Below, piece by piece: positions 44,389 through 56,300 of a stretch of 64,000 nt of DNA. The notes under the pieces are model-generated. The model was not told the DNA's origin. It did no database searches and was given only the letters and a program-made list of their open reading frames with translations. Origin of the DNA: Flectonema sp. DT1601 (lineage: Eukaryota); contig OZ025794.1 in NCBI GenBank assembly GCA_964019425.1, forward strand, positions 558,001 through 622,000, given 5' to 3'. How positions within the stretch are numbered: the first letter of the stretch is position 1; each line of letters opens with the position of its first letter. The translations under genes were made by a program, and so were the position numbers.

Positions 44389-46930
44389 ATGCAACTTCTA
44401 CCACCACCACCTGGGACTCCAAGTGACGGAAATCGTTATTTTGGGTTTTCACTTCCAGCAATGTATAATATCTCAGTTCCTCAACCTCCGAGTGAAGATT
44501 CAGAAATTAAACGAAAAAACTCATTCATGAGACGATGGATGGGAGGAGAGCAACATTGGAACTCAACTTCCATAATAAAGGCTGCTGAGCCACCCTTCTG
44601 GACAGAAGTTGTAGAGAGGCAAGAACGAGGAAGGGCGATGATCATAAAAGATGCTTTGTGGGATATTCAGTATTACAAAAATCACTTCGTATCTCAGTTA
44701 TGTGAATTAATCTACTCCGCACTAAAGTCAATATCTGAAGTAGAATTGGATTACAGGGATATCATTGAAGTTGAAGTATCAAATCACTATCTGTTTGTTA
44801 GCGAATATCGAATTTGTTTAAATGCGATGCCTTCTACTTATGAAGAATCGTTAGTAAGAGAGACACTTATTGCTGATGAGAATATTGGATTTGTTTGTTT
44901 TTGTAATTTGTATTACGTGTTGGGATGTCTTCACATCGATCAATTTGAGCATCGACACCGCACAACTCACAGTGAACGAATGCTATTCAACATTCAAACA
45001 TTTCTTGTCTACGAGGGAAGTAAATTTCCAAAACTAATTGCAACTGAAGTTAAAGACAGAATCTCATTAGTGAGGGAGAGTTTACTCGTATCGTTGCCAT
45101 TTCTTGAGGAGTCTCGTCAGCACCTGCAGATCTCTGCTTTTCAAACAAGAGATAGAGCAGTAATTATGGCATCACGTCAAACATTTATTCATGATACACT
45201 GATGTCAGCTGAAAAAGGTTTGTTATTTATCAATTTTTTCAATATAGGTTTCTTACCTTTGTAAGTTTATATCACATCAAATCACAACAATTAATAACAA
45301 CAACAGATTCTCGTGATGTTATCTTTACTGAATGGCTTGCTTGGGTTTGCGGAACCATCGCAAGTGAGTTACATAAACACTTGTCAAAACTAATACTAAT
45401 TCAGAGATGGTACAGACAGTGGAAGGCACTTCAACCATCGAGATTGCTTCTAGAGCGAAAGAAAGAAGTGTCTGCTAGCTTCAAAATACGCCTTTTATCA
45501 ACAGAAGACCACTTCTACCAAAACTCACTTCACATTCAGCGGTACTCTCCGTTGCTCGAAACTAAAGAACTAAACGGAAGAAGACTCTGCGCTGAGGAAC
45601 AAAGTTGGGGATTCTTAGATATTCAAACACAGATAATATGTACAGCTCCATTTCTATTACCGAGATACTTATTACCTGCTGTAGTGGGTCTTGACTACCA
45701 ATCATTAATAGAAAAAGCAATGTTCAATATTATTTATGAAGAACGATTCAGACGATATAAAATAAAAGATTCCGAACAACAAGATTGTTTGATTATCTTC
45801 TTTCCGGCATACAACATTAGAGAACGTCTCCAGTACTATGAAATTGAGACGCAAGAGAGAGAGATCATGGCAGTGGATGCCTTTGAGCATGTCCAACAGG
45901 CTATTGATACTTGTAATGTCGACTTTGATTGTTTTTTTATGACTGAAATAATTTCTGGTATGTAATATTGTATATCAAAAATTGTTTTTAGAGAAGATAA
46001 CAAATAAACAAACATTTCTCTAATAAAACAGGTTGGATTGATGGAAGTGGTCTTGGAACTGATTACGATATTCGTCTCGCGAAGTTGACAAAACTAACAC
46101 AAGAATTAATAAATCAAGAAGCGACTGTACGAAATCAAATTATTGAAGAAGAAATACCTCAATGGAGGAGACTATCAATATGGATCTTAGGAGCAGCAAA
46201 TAACATCTCATACAACACGAATATTGAATCAGAGAGAGTGTTATTCGAATCAAAACCGATAGCCTACGACCTTCGACCTCTCAGGAGTGGTGCCATCACT
46301 GGTGAGTTAATCTCTTTAGAAGAACACATAGAACCCGTCACAAGATCGAACCTCATCATTGTCGAAAATGCGAATCGTTGTCTTAAAGAATATAAGCTGC
46401 GGTGTTCTCTGTTAAGAACCCAGGAAGAGTTTGAATCGAGGAATACGCTTTTTAATATATTTCTGACTACCCAGAGACAGAGATATGATTCCCTCGTTAA
46501 GTTAATACATCAGGGAATAAGATTAAAAGTTGATGTCGGGGTATTAGATATTCGTGATTCTCAATTCCGTCGTAATCTAGAAGCTGAAATGATACGAACA
46601 CTCATGGGAATGTATTCTCAATACGTAGATAATTTCATCTCTTGTCTGATACGTGAAGAGTGCGTTGCATGCGTATCACTTACGGCTGCTCATAATATAA
46701 TTCCTGAAATGTTTTTTCTATTATCAAGTAGCACTATTATCCAAGCTCGTTTTCGAGGATGGCGAACAAGAAAAGCCTATCCTCATCTATTACAAAAACG
46801 CCTCAAACGACTACATGAAAATGAACATCGAGAATTTCAGAATCACTGCGCAGTGAGAATCCAACGAGCATGGAAAAACAAAAAAATGATTTCAACTTTA
46901 TTAGAAGGCCTGGACGCTGAATTCTGTTAA
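44389..46930 (+). CDS. IQ-motif-containing protein, 3 exons (~792 aa)
   Basis: Exons 44389..45217, 45307..45957, 46032..46930 join in frame through GT...ACAG introns. IQ motifs IQRWYRQWKA, IQARFRGWRTRK, IQRAWKNKK. Confidence 0.8.
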
Positions 46931-47091
46931 TGCTTTGCTTTTTTTAATTATTATTATTTTTGTTTGCTTTTATTATTATTTACACACATTATTGTTTTGG
47001 CTTTTCGCAAAAAAGAACAACAAAACCAGACATTACTAAGCTATTCATTACACAGGTTGGGTAACAGCAGGGGGTAACTTTATAATAAACG

Positions 47092-48896
47092 ATGGCATTC
47101 ACATCACGTGCAGGGAAGCGGAATTATTTAACGATGTCAACTACTGGTCCTGGAGTTGGACCAGGAACGTATTCTGACATGAATCCTGGTAAGAGTAGTG
47201 TGAGATATAGTGTACCACCATTTAGCTCAAGCGTAGAGAGAAATGGTAGTGGAGCTGCTCAAATGCAAACACCAGGTCCAGGTCACTATGGTTCTGAAGT
47301 AGTTCTGCCAAGAGCAGGAAGTTCCCATCAGAGTTCACAGTTTGCCAGTAGAACTAGTCGAATGCATCTGTCGAAGTCATTAACACCTGGACCTGGATCG
47401 TATCCAACTCCAAGTAGTTGGGGAACTGATCATACTCCACAACTAGGTTCTACTACTCAACAAGATCGTTATAAAGCTATTAATTGGATAAAAGTAGCAA
47501 CAGCACCATCAATACCCGCCCCTAACCAGTCATACGGTTATGAAGAAGGTACTCGAGGTGAATTAGTTCAGGGAAAACCTCCTGCAACTGGACATGCAGG
47601 TCGTGGAGTTGACTGCGCAGGTCCAGGAGAGTACTCTCCTAATTATGATGTGACGAAACCTAAAACTTCATCTCTGAATTTTGGGAGATCAAGAACGGGT
47701 CGGGCAATCAATGAAGTATCTAAAGAAAAGGCTAGTAGACCTGGACCTGGTTCCTATAACATCCCTGCTGCTGTTGCTGCATCACCCGATGAGAATGCTG
47801 AGGATAGAAAACCTTTAACTTCTGCATTTGCATCTACGACGGTTCGGAATTTTGTTGACAAGAATGCCGGTATGTACTTCCTCATTTAAATACGTAATTA
47901 CTTTACAACAGTAATACCAGACCACAAACATAAACAAACAGTAAACCTACCCGGACCCGGAACCTACAACAGCAGATCATCATTCGCAACCAGAGCGAGT
48001 TATTTAGCGAACTCTGGAGGTGATGGTCAACAAGCATTTGGAACAACTCCCCACCCAAAAGGTGACGATACCGCGACAAAGGCAAAAGCAGCAGCACCAG
48101 GTCCTGGACACTACCGAGTGCAAAGTGACTTTGATATTGTAAAGAATAAGTGGAGTGTTAGTCATGGAGGGTTTTCTGGAACCAGTCTCAGATTCGAATC
48201 TCCCGCTACAACTGACAAGCAAACACCTGGTCCTGGTTATTATACTGACGGAACGGAAGGTAATACGGCCCTTGCATCGAATTTACATCGAAAAGTAAAA
48301 GGTCGATATGGTGTATTTGGATCAACTGCTCAAAGATTTCCTTTAAAGAAAGCAACCCGACACATAGGACCTGGAACATATACTCCTAAACAAGATTCTA
48401 ATCCAGCAGAGTTACGAAGACGTGATATGAGAACATCAACATTCGTATCAGCGGTTGATAGGATTCCTAAATTAAAAGAAAATACTCCAGGAGTTGGAGA
48501 ATATAACGTACAGAAAAGAGCTTTATCATCTGGTGGGTTCGTACCATCTGAGTTGAGGTTTAAACCGATAAAACCAAGTGAGTCACCAGGACCTGGTGAA
48601 TATCAAAGTGTACACAATACAATAGAATCACGTATAAAGGGTATCCCTGTTCTTGTAAACGGAGAATTAAAACGTACGACTGATGTCGGAAGGCCAATTG
48701 GTGATCGTGCTGTTCGTTTTCCGAGACCTGGAAATTCAATCCAACCCGGCCCTGGACACTACGACAATGTATGTAACTTTTTATTTGTGTTTCTTAAAGA
48801 CATCAAAAATGATGGAAAGAAAACAACAACGACAAACAGCATACTTCTCTCATCAAAAGAACCTATAACATAACCATTGGTGACACATGGGATTAA
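47092..48896 (+). CDS. SHIPPO/PGP-repeat (ODF3/STPG-like) flagellar protein, 3 exons (~553 aa)
   Basis: Exons 47092..47869, 47942..48768, 48840..48896. More than 10 PGPGxY-type repeats. C-terminal LIKRTYNITI appears only after splicing. Confidence 0.92.
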
Positions 48897-49406
48897 TCTA
48901 CTTGTACGGTAGTGAGTTCTAATTTTTATGTTATATTCGGCTACACTTGAGTAAAGTGATTTCCCCCCCATCAAGTTACCCCCCTTTTGGTGATACTTGC
49001 TTTACTTTATGTTATTTTATCTGAAGTCTTATCCGATTCTTCTGAATTCGGTACCTTAACAAAAAAAAAAAAAAAAAAAAAGTTAGTTTTGTAAGACTTG
49101 AGAACAATTATTTGTTCCTGTTATCCGTACTGGTTAATTCAAAGACATTTACGGTAGTTATTGCACTGTGGGTTGAGGAAAGGTGTTATGTGCTAATAGA
49201 AAGAACGAATTCGATAGGGTTCTGCTTTTAATGATTACAACCCCGAGGAGGAGGGGGAAAGAAAAAAAAACAAACAAGACACAAATATTTAATCTGATGT
49301 GAGGATGAACACCATCCAGTCCGATAAAGGTATTATTACGTTAGTGTTTGTGAATTCAAAAAAAGAAACTCAACAAACTTCTCCTTCTAAAAGTTGTTGC
49401 ACAAAA

Positions 49407-50804
49407 ATGCCTGGTTTTGATTTTGCACAATTGAAATTTGCCCTTAAGGATGAGCCACTGCCTCCAGCAGAAGGTTCGCCAGCCCTGTCTCAGATACCTC
49501 CGTCAGTCTGCGAAGAATACGTCAAAAGAAACGAAGTTCTACTCCAACGTCTCAATGATGCTGCCGGTGAAGATAAAGAGCAATGTTCTTCCGTAACAGA
49601 AATAGACCAAGGACTAAAGACTGCTACAGACTTGGACCCACCAGGTAGCTACAAGGATGAGCTAGCCTGCCCAGTGATGACAATTGATGAGGCGAAGAGA
49701 ATGAGAATATCATGGAAGGAGTTCTCTAAGAACCCAGAAAAGGCGAGGGCAATGTTTGATGAATTTGGAGTAATAGTAGTAACAGGTGTCTGTAATAAGG
49801 AAGAAACTGAAATTCAGGAGGAACTCTGGAAATCCGATTTGCTGGCACTGGCGGGGGACTCGGCGATCTCCCGCCATCCCAACGCTGTTCAAAATGCTTA
49901 CAAAACACTAAGTCAAAAGGGTCCCAGGTCTTGGCCTAGCAGCACCTTCTTGGGGAGGAAGTTTGCGAATGTAGGTGGGCTTTCCCACGGTGCGTATGCC
50001 TGGTCCTGTCGTACGAATCCAAATGTTAAAAAGGTTTTCTCAGAACTCTACCAAGACGATGATCTGTTGGTGGGCGTCGATAATGTTTTCTTCTCATCTG
50101 AGAAGGTTGCCCCAGCTAAGTCTAATGAATATTGGCTTCACGCTGACCAATCAACTAAAGTTGGAGACATGCTCTGTATTCAGGGAGTTCTATATACTTG
50201 GAGCTCAGAGACACCTGAGAGTTCAACAACTGTTGTGTGTCCTGGTTCACATAAAGAAGTTTTCAATAAGCTGATGGATAACAGTCCAGCGAACGATCAT
50301 TGGGTTCCTCACTCAACCATGCCTAGTGAAGTTCGAGTAGAATTATACAAATATGGGAGAAGGGAAGCAAAGAGAATTCCTGTCCCAGCGGGATCTCTTC
50401 TTCTCTGGAATTCAAAGTTAAGTCATCAAGGATGGAAAGGCGGATCTCGTTTAGCGATGCCAATCTGTTGGGAACCTGCTCATCGGAGGACTGAAGAAGC
50501 TCGTAGAAGGAAATTACACTTATCCGTTTGTGGAATTCCTTCAACACATTGGGCATCCGTAGGAAAACTTCATCCATTAGCTCCAATCCGAATGTATGCA
50601 ACTTCGGGATCTGATTCAGATGTACCTTTATCAGAAGTCGTACTTCCTTTATACCCGAGTATCGTACCATTTCCGGTAGTATCTGACTTAGCTTCAGAAT
50701 GGCAAGAGAAAGCACAACAGCTGTGGACTCTACGAGCAGCATCCGATTTCGAGACGGCAAAACTTGAGAAGCTGCTGAAGTCGGATATCATTAAAGTGCT
50801 TTAG
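49407..50804 (+). CDS. Phytanoyl-CoA dioxygenase (PhyH)-like Fe(II)/2OG oxygenase, copy 1 (~465 aa)
   Basis: FDEFGVIVVTGV, WLHADQ (HxD), CIQGVL, TVVCPGSH, VPAGSLLLWNSKLSHQG (distal His), SRLAM (2OG-binding Arg). ORF opens at 49299; likely ATG 49407. Confidence 0.88.
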   Translation: MPGFDFAQLKFALKDEPLPPAEGSPALSQIPPSVCEEYVKRNEVLLQRLNDAAGEDKEQCSSVTEIDQGLKTATDLDPPGSYKDELACPVMTIDEAKRMRISWKEFSKNPEKARAMFDEFGVIVVTGVCNKEETEIQEELWKSDLLALAGDSAISRHPNAVQNAYKTLSQKGPRSWPSSTFLGRKFANVGGLSHGAYAWSCRTNPNVKKVFSELYQDDDLLVGVDNVFFSSEKVAPAKSNEYWLHADQSTKVGDMLCIQGVLYTWSSETPESSTTVVCPGSHKEVFNKLMDNSPANDHWVPHSTMPSEVRVELYKYGRREAKRIPVPAGSLLLWNSKLSHQGWKGGSRLAMPICWEPAHRRTEEARRRKLHLSVCGIPSTHWASVGKLHPLAPIRMYATSGSDSDVPLSEVVLPLYPSIVPFPVVSDLASEWQEKAQQLWTLRAASDFETAKLEKLLKSDIIKVL

Positions 50805-51277
50805 TTATTTACAATACCGATGTTTTAAGAGAGAGATGAGAGATTTACAAGTCAACATTTTAATTACAAAACAGTGTAACCCCCTGGTGAGAGAGTCGAC
50901 AACTAATAGGGGGTAGTTAAATAACAAGCGTATTTGACAAATAAAAAAGGCTGCCTAGCTTCTGGCGCCATATGACCCACACCTTTGTGTGACTTTCCTT
51001 GAGTGGAACAAACCAACTAACGCTGTATTATTAATGAAGACTATTTTGAGAAAAATCCCTAGCTTTGACTATTGAACAATTTCTAACTTCAGTCCTTGTT
51101 TTAGATAAGGTCGACTGTTCTCAGTTAATTTTTGAAAAAGTAAATAGTTTTTTCTTACTGTTGTTTTGATGTTATTTTTCAAAACAGATTTTACACATTA
51201 TTTATCGTGATACCTTCCCAGTGTCTACTGTAGTATTATGTAAGAGTATATCTTATTCTAGACGCATATTTATTAAT

Positions 51278-52606
51278 ATGACGGCCTTGTTTCAGATACC
51301 TCCGTCAGTCTGCGAAGAATACGTCAAAAGAAACGAAGTTCTACTCCAACGTCTCAATGATGCTGCCGGTGAAGATAAAGAGCAATGTTCTTCCGTAACA
51401 GAAATAGACCAAGGACTAAAGACTGCTACAGACTTGGACCCACCAGGTAGCTACAAGGCTGAGCTAGCCTGCCCAGTGATGACAATTGATGAGGCGAAGA
51501 GAATGAGAATATCATGGAAGGAGTTCTCTAAGAACCCAGAAAAGGCGAGGGCAATGTTTGATGAATTTGGAGTAATAGTAGTAACAGGTGTCTGTAATAA
51601 GGAAGAAACTGAAATTCAGGAGGAACTCTGGAAATCCGATTTGCTGGCACTGGCGGGGGACTCGGCGATCTCCCGCCATCCCAACGCTGTTAAAAATGCC
51701 TACAGAAGACTTAGTCAAAAGGGTCCCAGGTCTTGGCCTAGCAGCACCTTCTTGGGGAGGAAGTTTGCGAATGTAGGTGGGCTTTCCCACGGTGCGTATG
51801 CCTGGTCCTGTCGTACGAATCCAAATGTTAAAAAGGTTTTCTCAGAACTCTACCAAGACGATGATCTGTTGGTGGGCGTCGATAATGTTTTCTTCTCATC
51901 TGAGAAGGTTGCCCCAGCTAAGTCTAATGAATATTGGCTTCACGCTGACCAATCAACTAAAGTTGGAGACATGCTCTGTATTCAGGGAGTTCTATATACT
52001 TGGAGCTCAGAGACACCTGAGAGTTCAACAACTGTTGTGTGTCCTGGTTCACATAAAGAAGTTTTCAATAAGCTGATGGATAACAGTCCAGCGAACGATC
52101 ATTGGGTTCCTCACTCAACCATGCCTAGTGAAGTTCGAGTAGAATTATACAAATATGGGAGAAGGGAAGCAAAGAGAGTTCCTGTCCCAGCGGGATCTCT
52201 TCTTCTCTGGAGCTCGAAAGTGAGTCATCAAGGATGGAAAGGCGGATCTCGTTTAGCGATGCCAATCTGTTGGGAACCTGCTCATCGGAGGACTGAAGAA
52301 GCTCGTAGAAGAAAACTTTTTATGTCTGTTTGTGGAATTCCTTCAACACATTGGGCATCCTTAGGAAAGATACATCCAATGGCACCCAGAAAGATGAAAT
52401 CAGTTCAGGGATCTGATTCAGATGTTCCTTCTTCGATAGTCGCACTTCCTTTATACCCGAGTATCGTACCATTTCCGGTAGTATCTGACTTAGCTTCAGA
52501 ATGGCAAACTAATGCACAGGAAATGTGGCAACTCAGATCTCCTTCCAAAGAACAGGCAGGGCACCTCGAGAAACTCCTAAAACCAGAAATCCTTCGCATT
52601 CTGTAA
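51278..52606 (+). CDS. PhyH-like Fe(II)/2OG oxygenase, tandem copy 2 (~442 aa)
   Basis: Near-identical to copy 1 from 51293 (offset 1802 bp). Same HxD...H...R residues; different N- and C-termini. Confidence 0.85.
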   Translation: MTALFQIPPSVCEEYVKRNEVLLQRLNDAAGEDKEQCSSVTEIDQGLKTATDLDPPGSYKAELACPVMTIDEAKRMRISWKEFSKNPEKARAMFDEFGVIVVTGVCNKEETEIQEELWKSDLLALAGDSAISRHPNAVKNAYRRLSQKGPRSWPSSTFLGRKFANVGGLSHGAYAWSCRTNPNVKKVFSELYQDDDLLVGVDNVFFSSEKVAPAKSNEYWLHADQSTKVGDMLCIQGVLYTWSSETPESSTTVVCPGSHKEVFNKLMDNSPANDHWVPHSTMPSEVRVELYKYGRREAKRVPVPAGSLLLWSSKVSHQGWKGGSRLAMPICWEPAHRRTEEARRRKLFMSVCGIPSTHWASLGKIHPMAPRKMKSVQGSDSDVPSSIVALPLYPSIVPFPVVSDLASEWQTNAQEMWQLRSPSKEQAGHLEKLLKPEILRIL

Positions 52607-53330
52607 GAACAAACCTAACCTGCTCTCTTGCTTCGTGAATTTGCGAGATGGTTTTCTCTCTATTTTTTTTACTCCTGTGAGCATTTTTGATTTTTTTTTT
52701 TTTGTTTTCTTGTTTTTTTTTTTGACTGACTTTTTCTAGATGTTCTGTAAAAGAATAAGAAAATTAGCCAACTTCACATTTTACAACACTCGTGCTTTGT
52801 TTGTGTGCAACCTGTACGAAATCCTAATAAAGGAATAGGTCCCACAATTCATTCTACCGAGCAATAGCTTTGTAGAGTAAAAAAGAAAAAAAAGAAAAGA
52901 AAAAGGGAGATTGAGTATTAACCAAGCGCGTCCAGAGATGAAACCTATCCAAAAACAAAATCTCAGTAGGTACTGCGCTTAGTAAAATAAAAAAGTTGTA
53001 CACGACATGTTTTATTGTTTATTCCCTTCCTGCAGGTTTGTTTACAAAACAGGACATCTACTCAATAAGCAGGCTGTGCAATACTTTTACATAAATACCA
53101 ACACATAACTTATTACGAATTGGAAGACGATCTTTATTTCTATTGTTAGACCTGTCGAATGAATCGAGTTGAGTCCACCGTCACATTCTTTGAATAATGT
53201 AAAGCAGGGGTTGGTTTTGTTTCCCCACACCAAGTACTATTAAAAAACTGTAATTTATTCACAATCAATACAAATTTAAATAGTACTTCCCCTCATACAG
53301 TTCACACCCCACAAACCAATAAGAAGTAAC

Positions 53331-56300
53331 ATGCGTTTGTTAGTCACCGTTTTGGTGCTTTTCGCAATCAGTAGTTTGGTATCGGGACAGTTCGGAGCCG
53401 GATCAGCTATATATATTCCTGATAAACCAAAGGGAAGTGGTATCGCGTATTTATATCCTTTTACTGGATTGGCGGAAGCAGGATCGAAGGAGTTCACTAT
53501 TGACTTGTGGTATTGGGCTGAGAAGTGGACCTCCGAGTGGAAGGGAACACCACTTTCTATTGCAACAGTAGATGATGACAACTGGATTAGATTGGAATTC
53601 GCAGGCCTGTTGTACTTCAAGTCTGATGAGGGACGCTTCAACTTTAATATTACTGAACCCGCAAGAACTTGGCAGCACTACGCCATTAGTGTTAATTTAA
53701 ATACTTTATTAATGGATGTTTATGTTAACGGTAAATTAGTTGGATCCCCAAAAATAGGAATTCATACAATCGACTTGTCTGATCCAATAGCTATTGTTTT
53801 AGGTAACGACCAGGACACCATATTAGGAGGGTTTTCACCATCGTCGCACACACCTGGACTCTACGACAATCTCCGAATCTGGAGCAAGGCTCACACGATT
53901 GATGAAGTTGTACACCACATGTCAAGGGATGTCAATGCTGCGACACCAAACCTGATAGCCGCCTGGGATTTTGATGACGGTAGCGGCTACGAGATTCGTG
54001 AAGTCAAAACAGGAAGACCAGAGTGGTCGATGTCAATCGGATCCAGTTATGCGACAGCCGCTGATTTGCAGAACAAACAATTCTCAAAATTCGAAAACGA
54101 TATCCAAGTGACTTGGGGACCTTCTCACGCTCGATGCAGAGGTTCTGGAATGACGTCCGGATTTTCGAGGGGCGTTCGAAAAGTATTTCACCTTCGAGAC
54201 ATAACGGAATTCTCAGAGATCACAATGACTTCCTTATCTCCTCTTTGTAAGTTAGAAGATGCGAGTAGTAGACAGTCTTTGATTACTAATTCTATTATTT
54301 CATCATCATTCGCTTTTATTGCTCCAGCAGACGGTACTGAAAACGAGTACTCGTTGTCGTACACGGCTGGTGGAGAAGCTGCTACGATTGTTTTCAAGCT
54401 TGCACAGCCGATCACTCCTACTAACTTCACCATGACTTTTATTGAAGATGCTCCTTTAATTGAGAATGTTATTAAGTTTGGAGGTGCGTACGAAAATCCT
54501 CAGACATGGAGAGTCCGGATATACATTTCAAGACTTCCACATAAGGGGAGAATTCAGAACCAGTTAGGATTTCCTGACAAGAATGAGGAGTACGCACCGG
54601 CAACAAACATCACAGAACCAATGTTCGTAACCGGAGGATATAATCAAATATTATATCAAGCTGGAGTAGATGAGTTCGGAAACCGATACACAACCTTAGA
54701 ATACAAAGTAGTTGACGAGTCCCGTTGGGATGATCTTGAAGCAATCCAACAACTACCATCAGGTATAGTTACTATTTCAATTACTCCAGGTAACGATGCT
54801 CCAAAGTTACTCAGTAGCACAGTGACAGGAACTGATCCTTTGAACCCAAAGAATGTGTCACAAGATGAGGTAACTATTCTGCAGTACGATGTTTTTGACA
54901 GCGATGGTGACGACGTTTTGATGGAAATTATCAGCCTGCCATCCCACGGAGACCTCTGGCTCTCTGACAAGTTTGGAAACAGACTTCACAAACTGACCAC
55001 CACAGCTGTCGGAACACAAGAAGTTGAACAATATGCAGCAAAGCTTCTTAACTTCAGTTCTGAATTCGTAGACAAATCAGGTTCTTGGGCAGTAACACAA
55101 GTTTTAGGAAAACCAATAGACTTAAAGATCTTTGGAGATAGTATCTTCGCATGGTCTCCTGCATCAGTTGATGGGTTTGGATGTAAAGATGTTGGAGGTG
55201 GGGGTGACGTTTTCCACACGGAGTTCTTACACCTCAAGTTCAATGAATCTGTTTACGTTAAAGAGTTATTCTCTTATGAAAACGTTGGTGCTGGGGCACT
55301 TGTTGGTGTTAGAGCTAAGGACCCAACAACAAACACTTGGAAGAGACTGTACTTGGGAGCCTCTGATGTTCCAATCAGAGAAAATGAATATATCGTCTTC
55401 AAGCCAGCAGGTATGTGTGGAACATGGTTCCACACAGATGAATTGTATCTGGAATTCGATACCTGCAACCGACCAGGTTGGAACGAGGTGGATGCTGTCC
55501 TTATGGTTGGTACAACAGACACTAACTTGGGAGCAGTACCTCCAAACAGCAGCATTGTGTACGTTCCTCACAATGGGTTTGTTGGAGAAGATTCCTTTGA
55601 GTTTGTTCTCACTGACTGTCCTGGTGATCGCTTTCGGAAGTCTGATGCACAAAAGTCTTTCCTCAAAGTATCAGAAGCACCATCTTCACGTGTTCAGACC
55701 TTGCAGTCATCTGAAGGCAGTAACGAAGTTCTCACTCTGCAGGGAGGTCCAACTTGGGAGATTACAGGTTCCCCAAAATGGGGAACTATTCAAATCAACG
55801 GATTAGACTCTCGGCAGTACGATCAAATCTCAGCAGGTTCAATTGTACGCTACAGACCTGATGATGTGGAATGTAAGAAGTCTGCGAGTGCGTACAAGGA
55901 TTCATTTGTTATCACAACTTCGATTACACGTGACAGCAGTTCATCACAAAGCGAGTTCATTATCTACGAAATTGTCGGATGTTCACTTTCAAGTGCATTC
56001 CCGTATTGGATATTTATAGTAGTGGGTGCTGTTATTGTTGTGGCTTGTGTTGCAATCTTCTGGTTTAGTACTCGTCAGCATAGACGAATGGCCGCCCTCT
56101 ACAACAACAACAGAGTTGCTGAGGAATGTGCTGAGGCAATTGCGTTCATGCACTTGGAGGAGGTTTCGTATTTAGTAACGTTGCCAAACCCGAACAAAAT
56201 TCAAAAAGCTTTCTTGAAGATTATTCAAACACTTGAGGAGTATCGAAACTTCTTGCCGTCTTCAATGTTTGCTGGCGATACTGAAAGTGTTTCTGAGAGC

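Noticed and set aside
49407..51295. Alternative splicing of the PhyH copy 1 N-terminus onto copy 2 at tttcag (51295)
   Set aside because: The only nearby donor-like site (gaag/gttcgc) is out of phase with that acceptor, and copy 2 has its own in-frame ATG at 51278.
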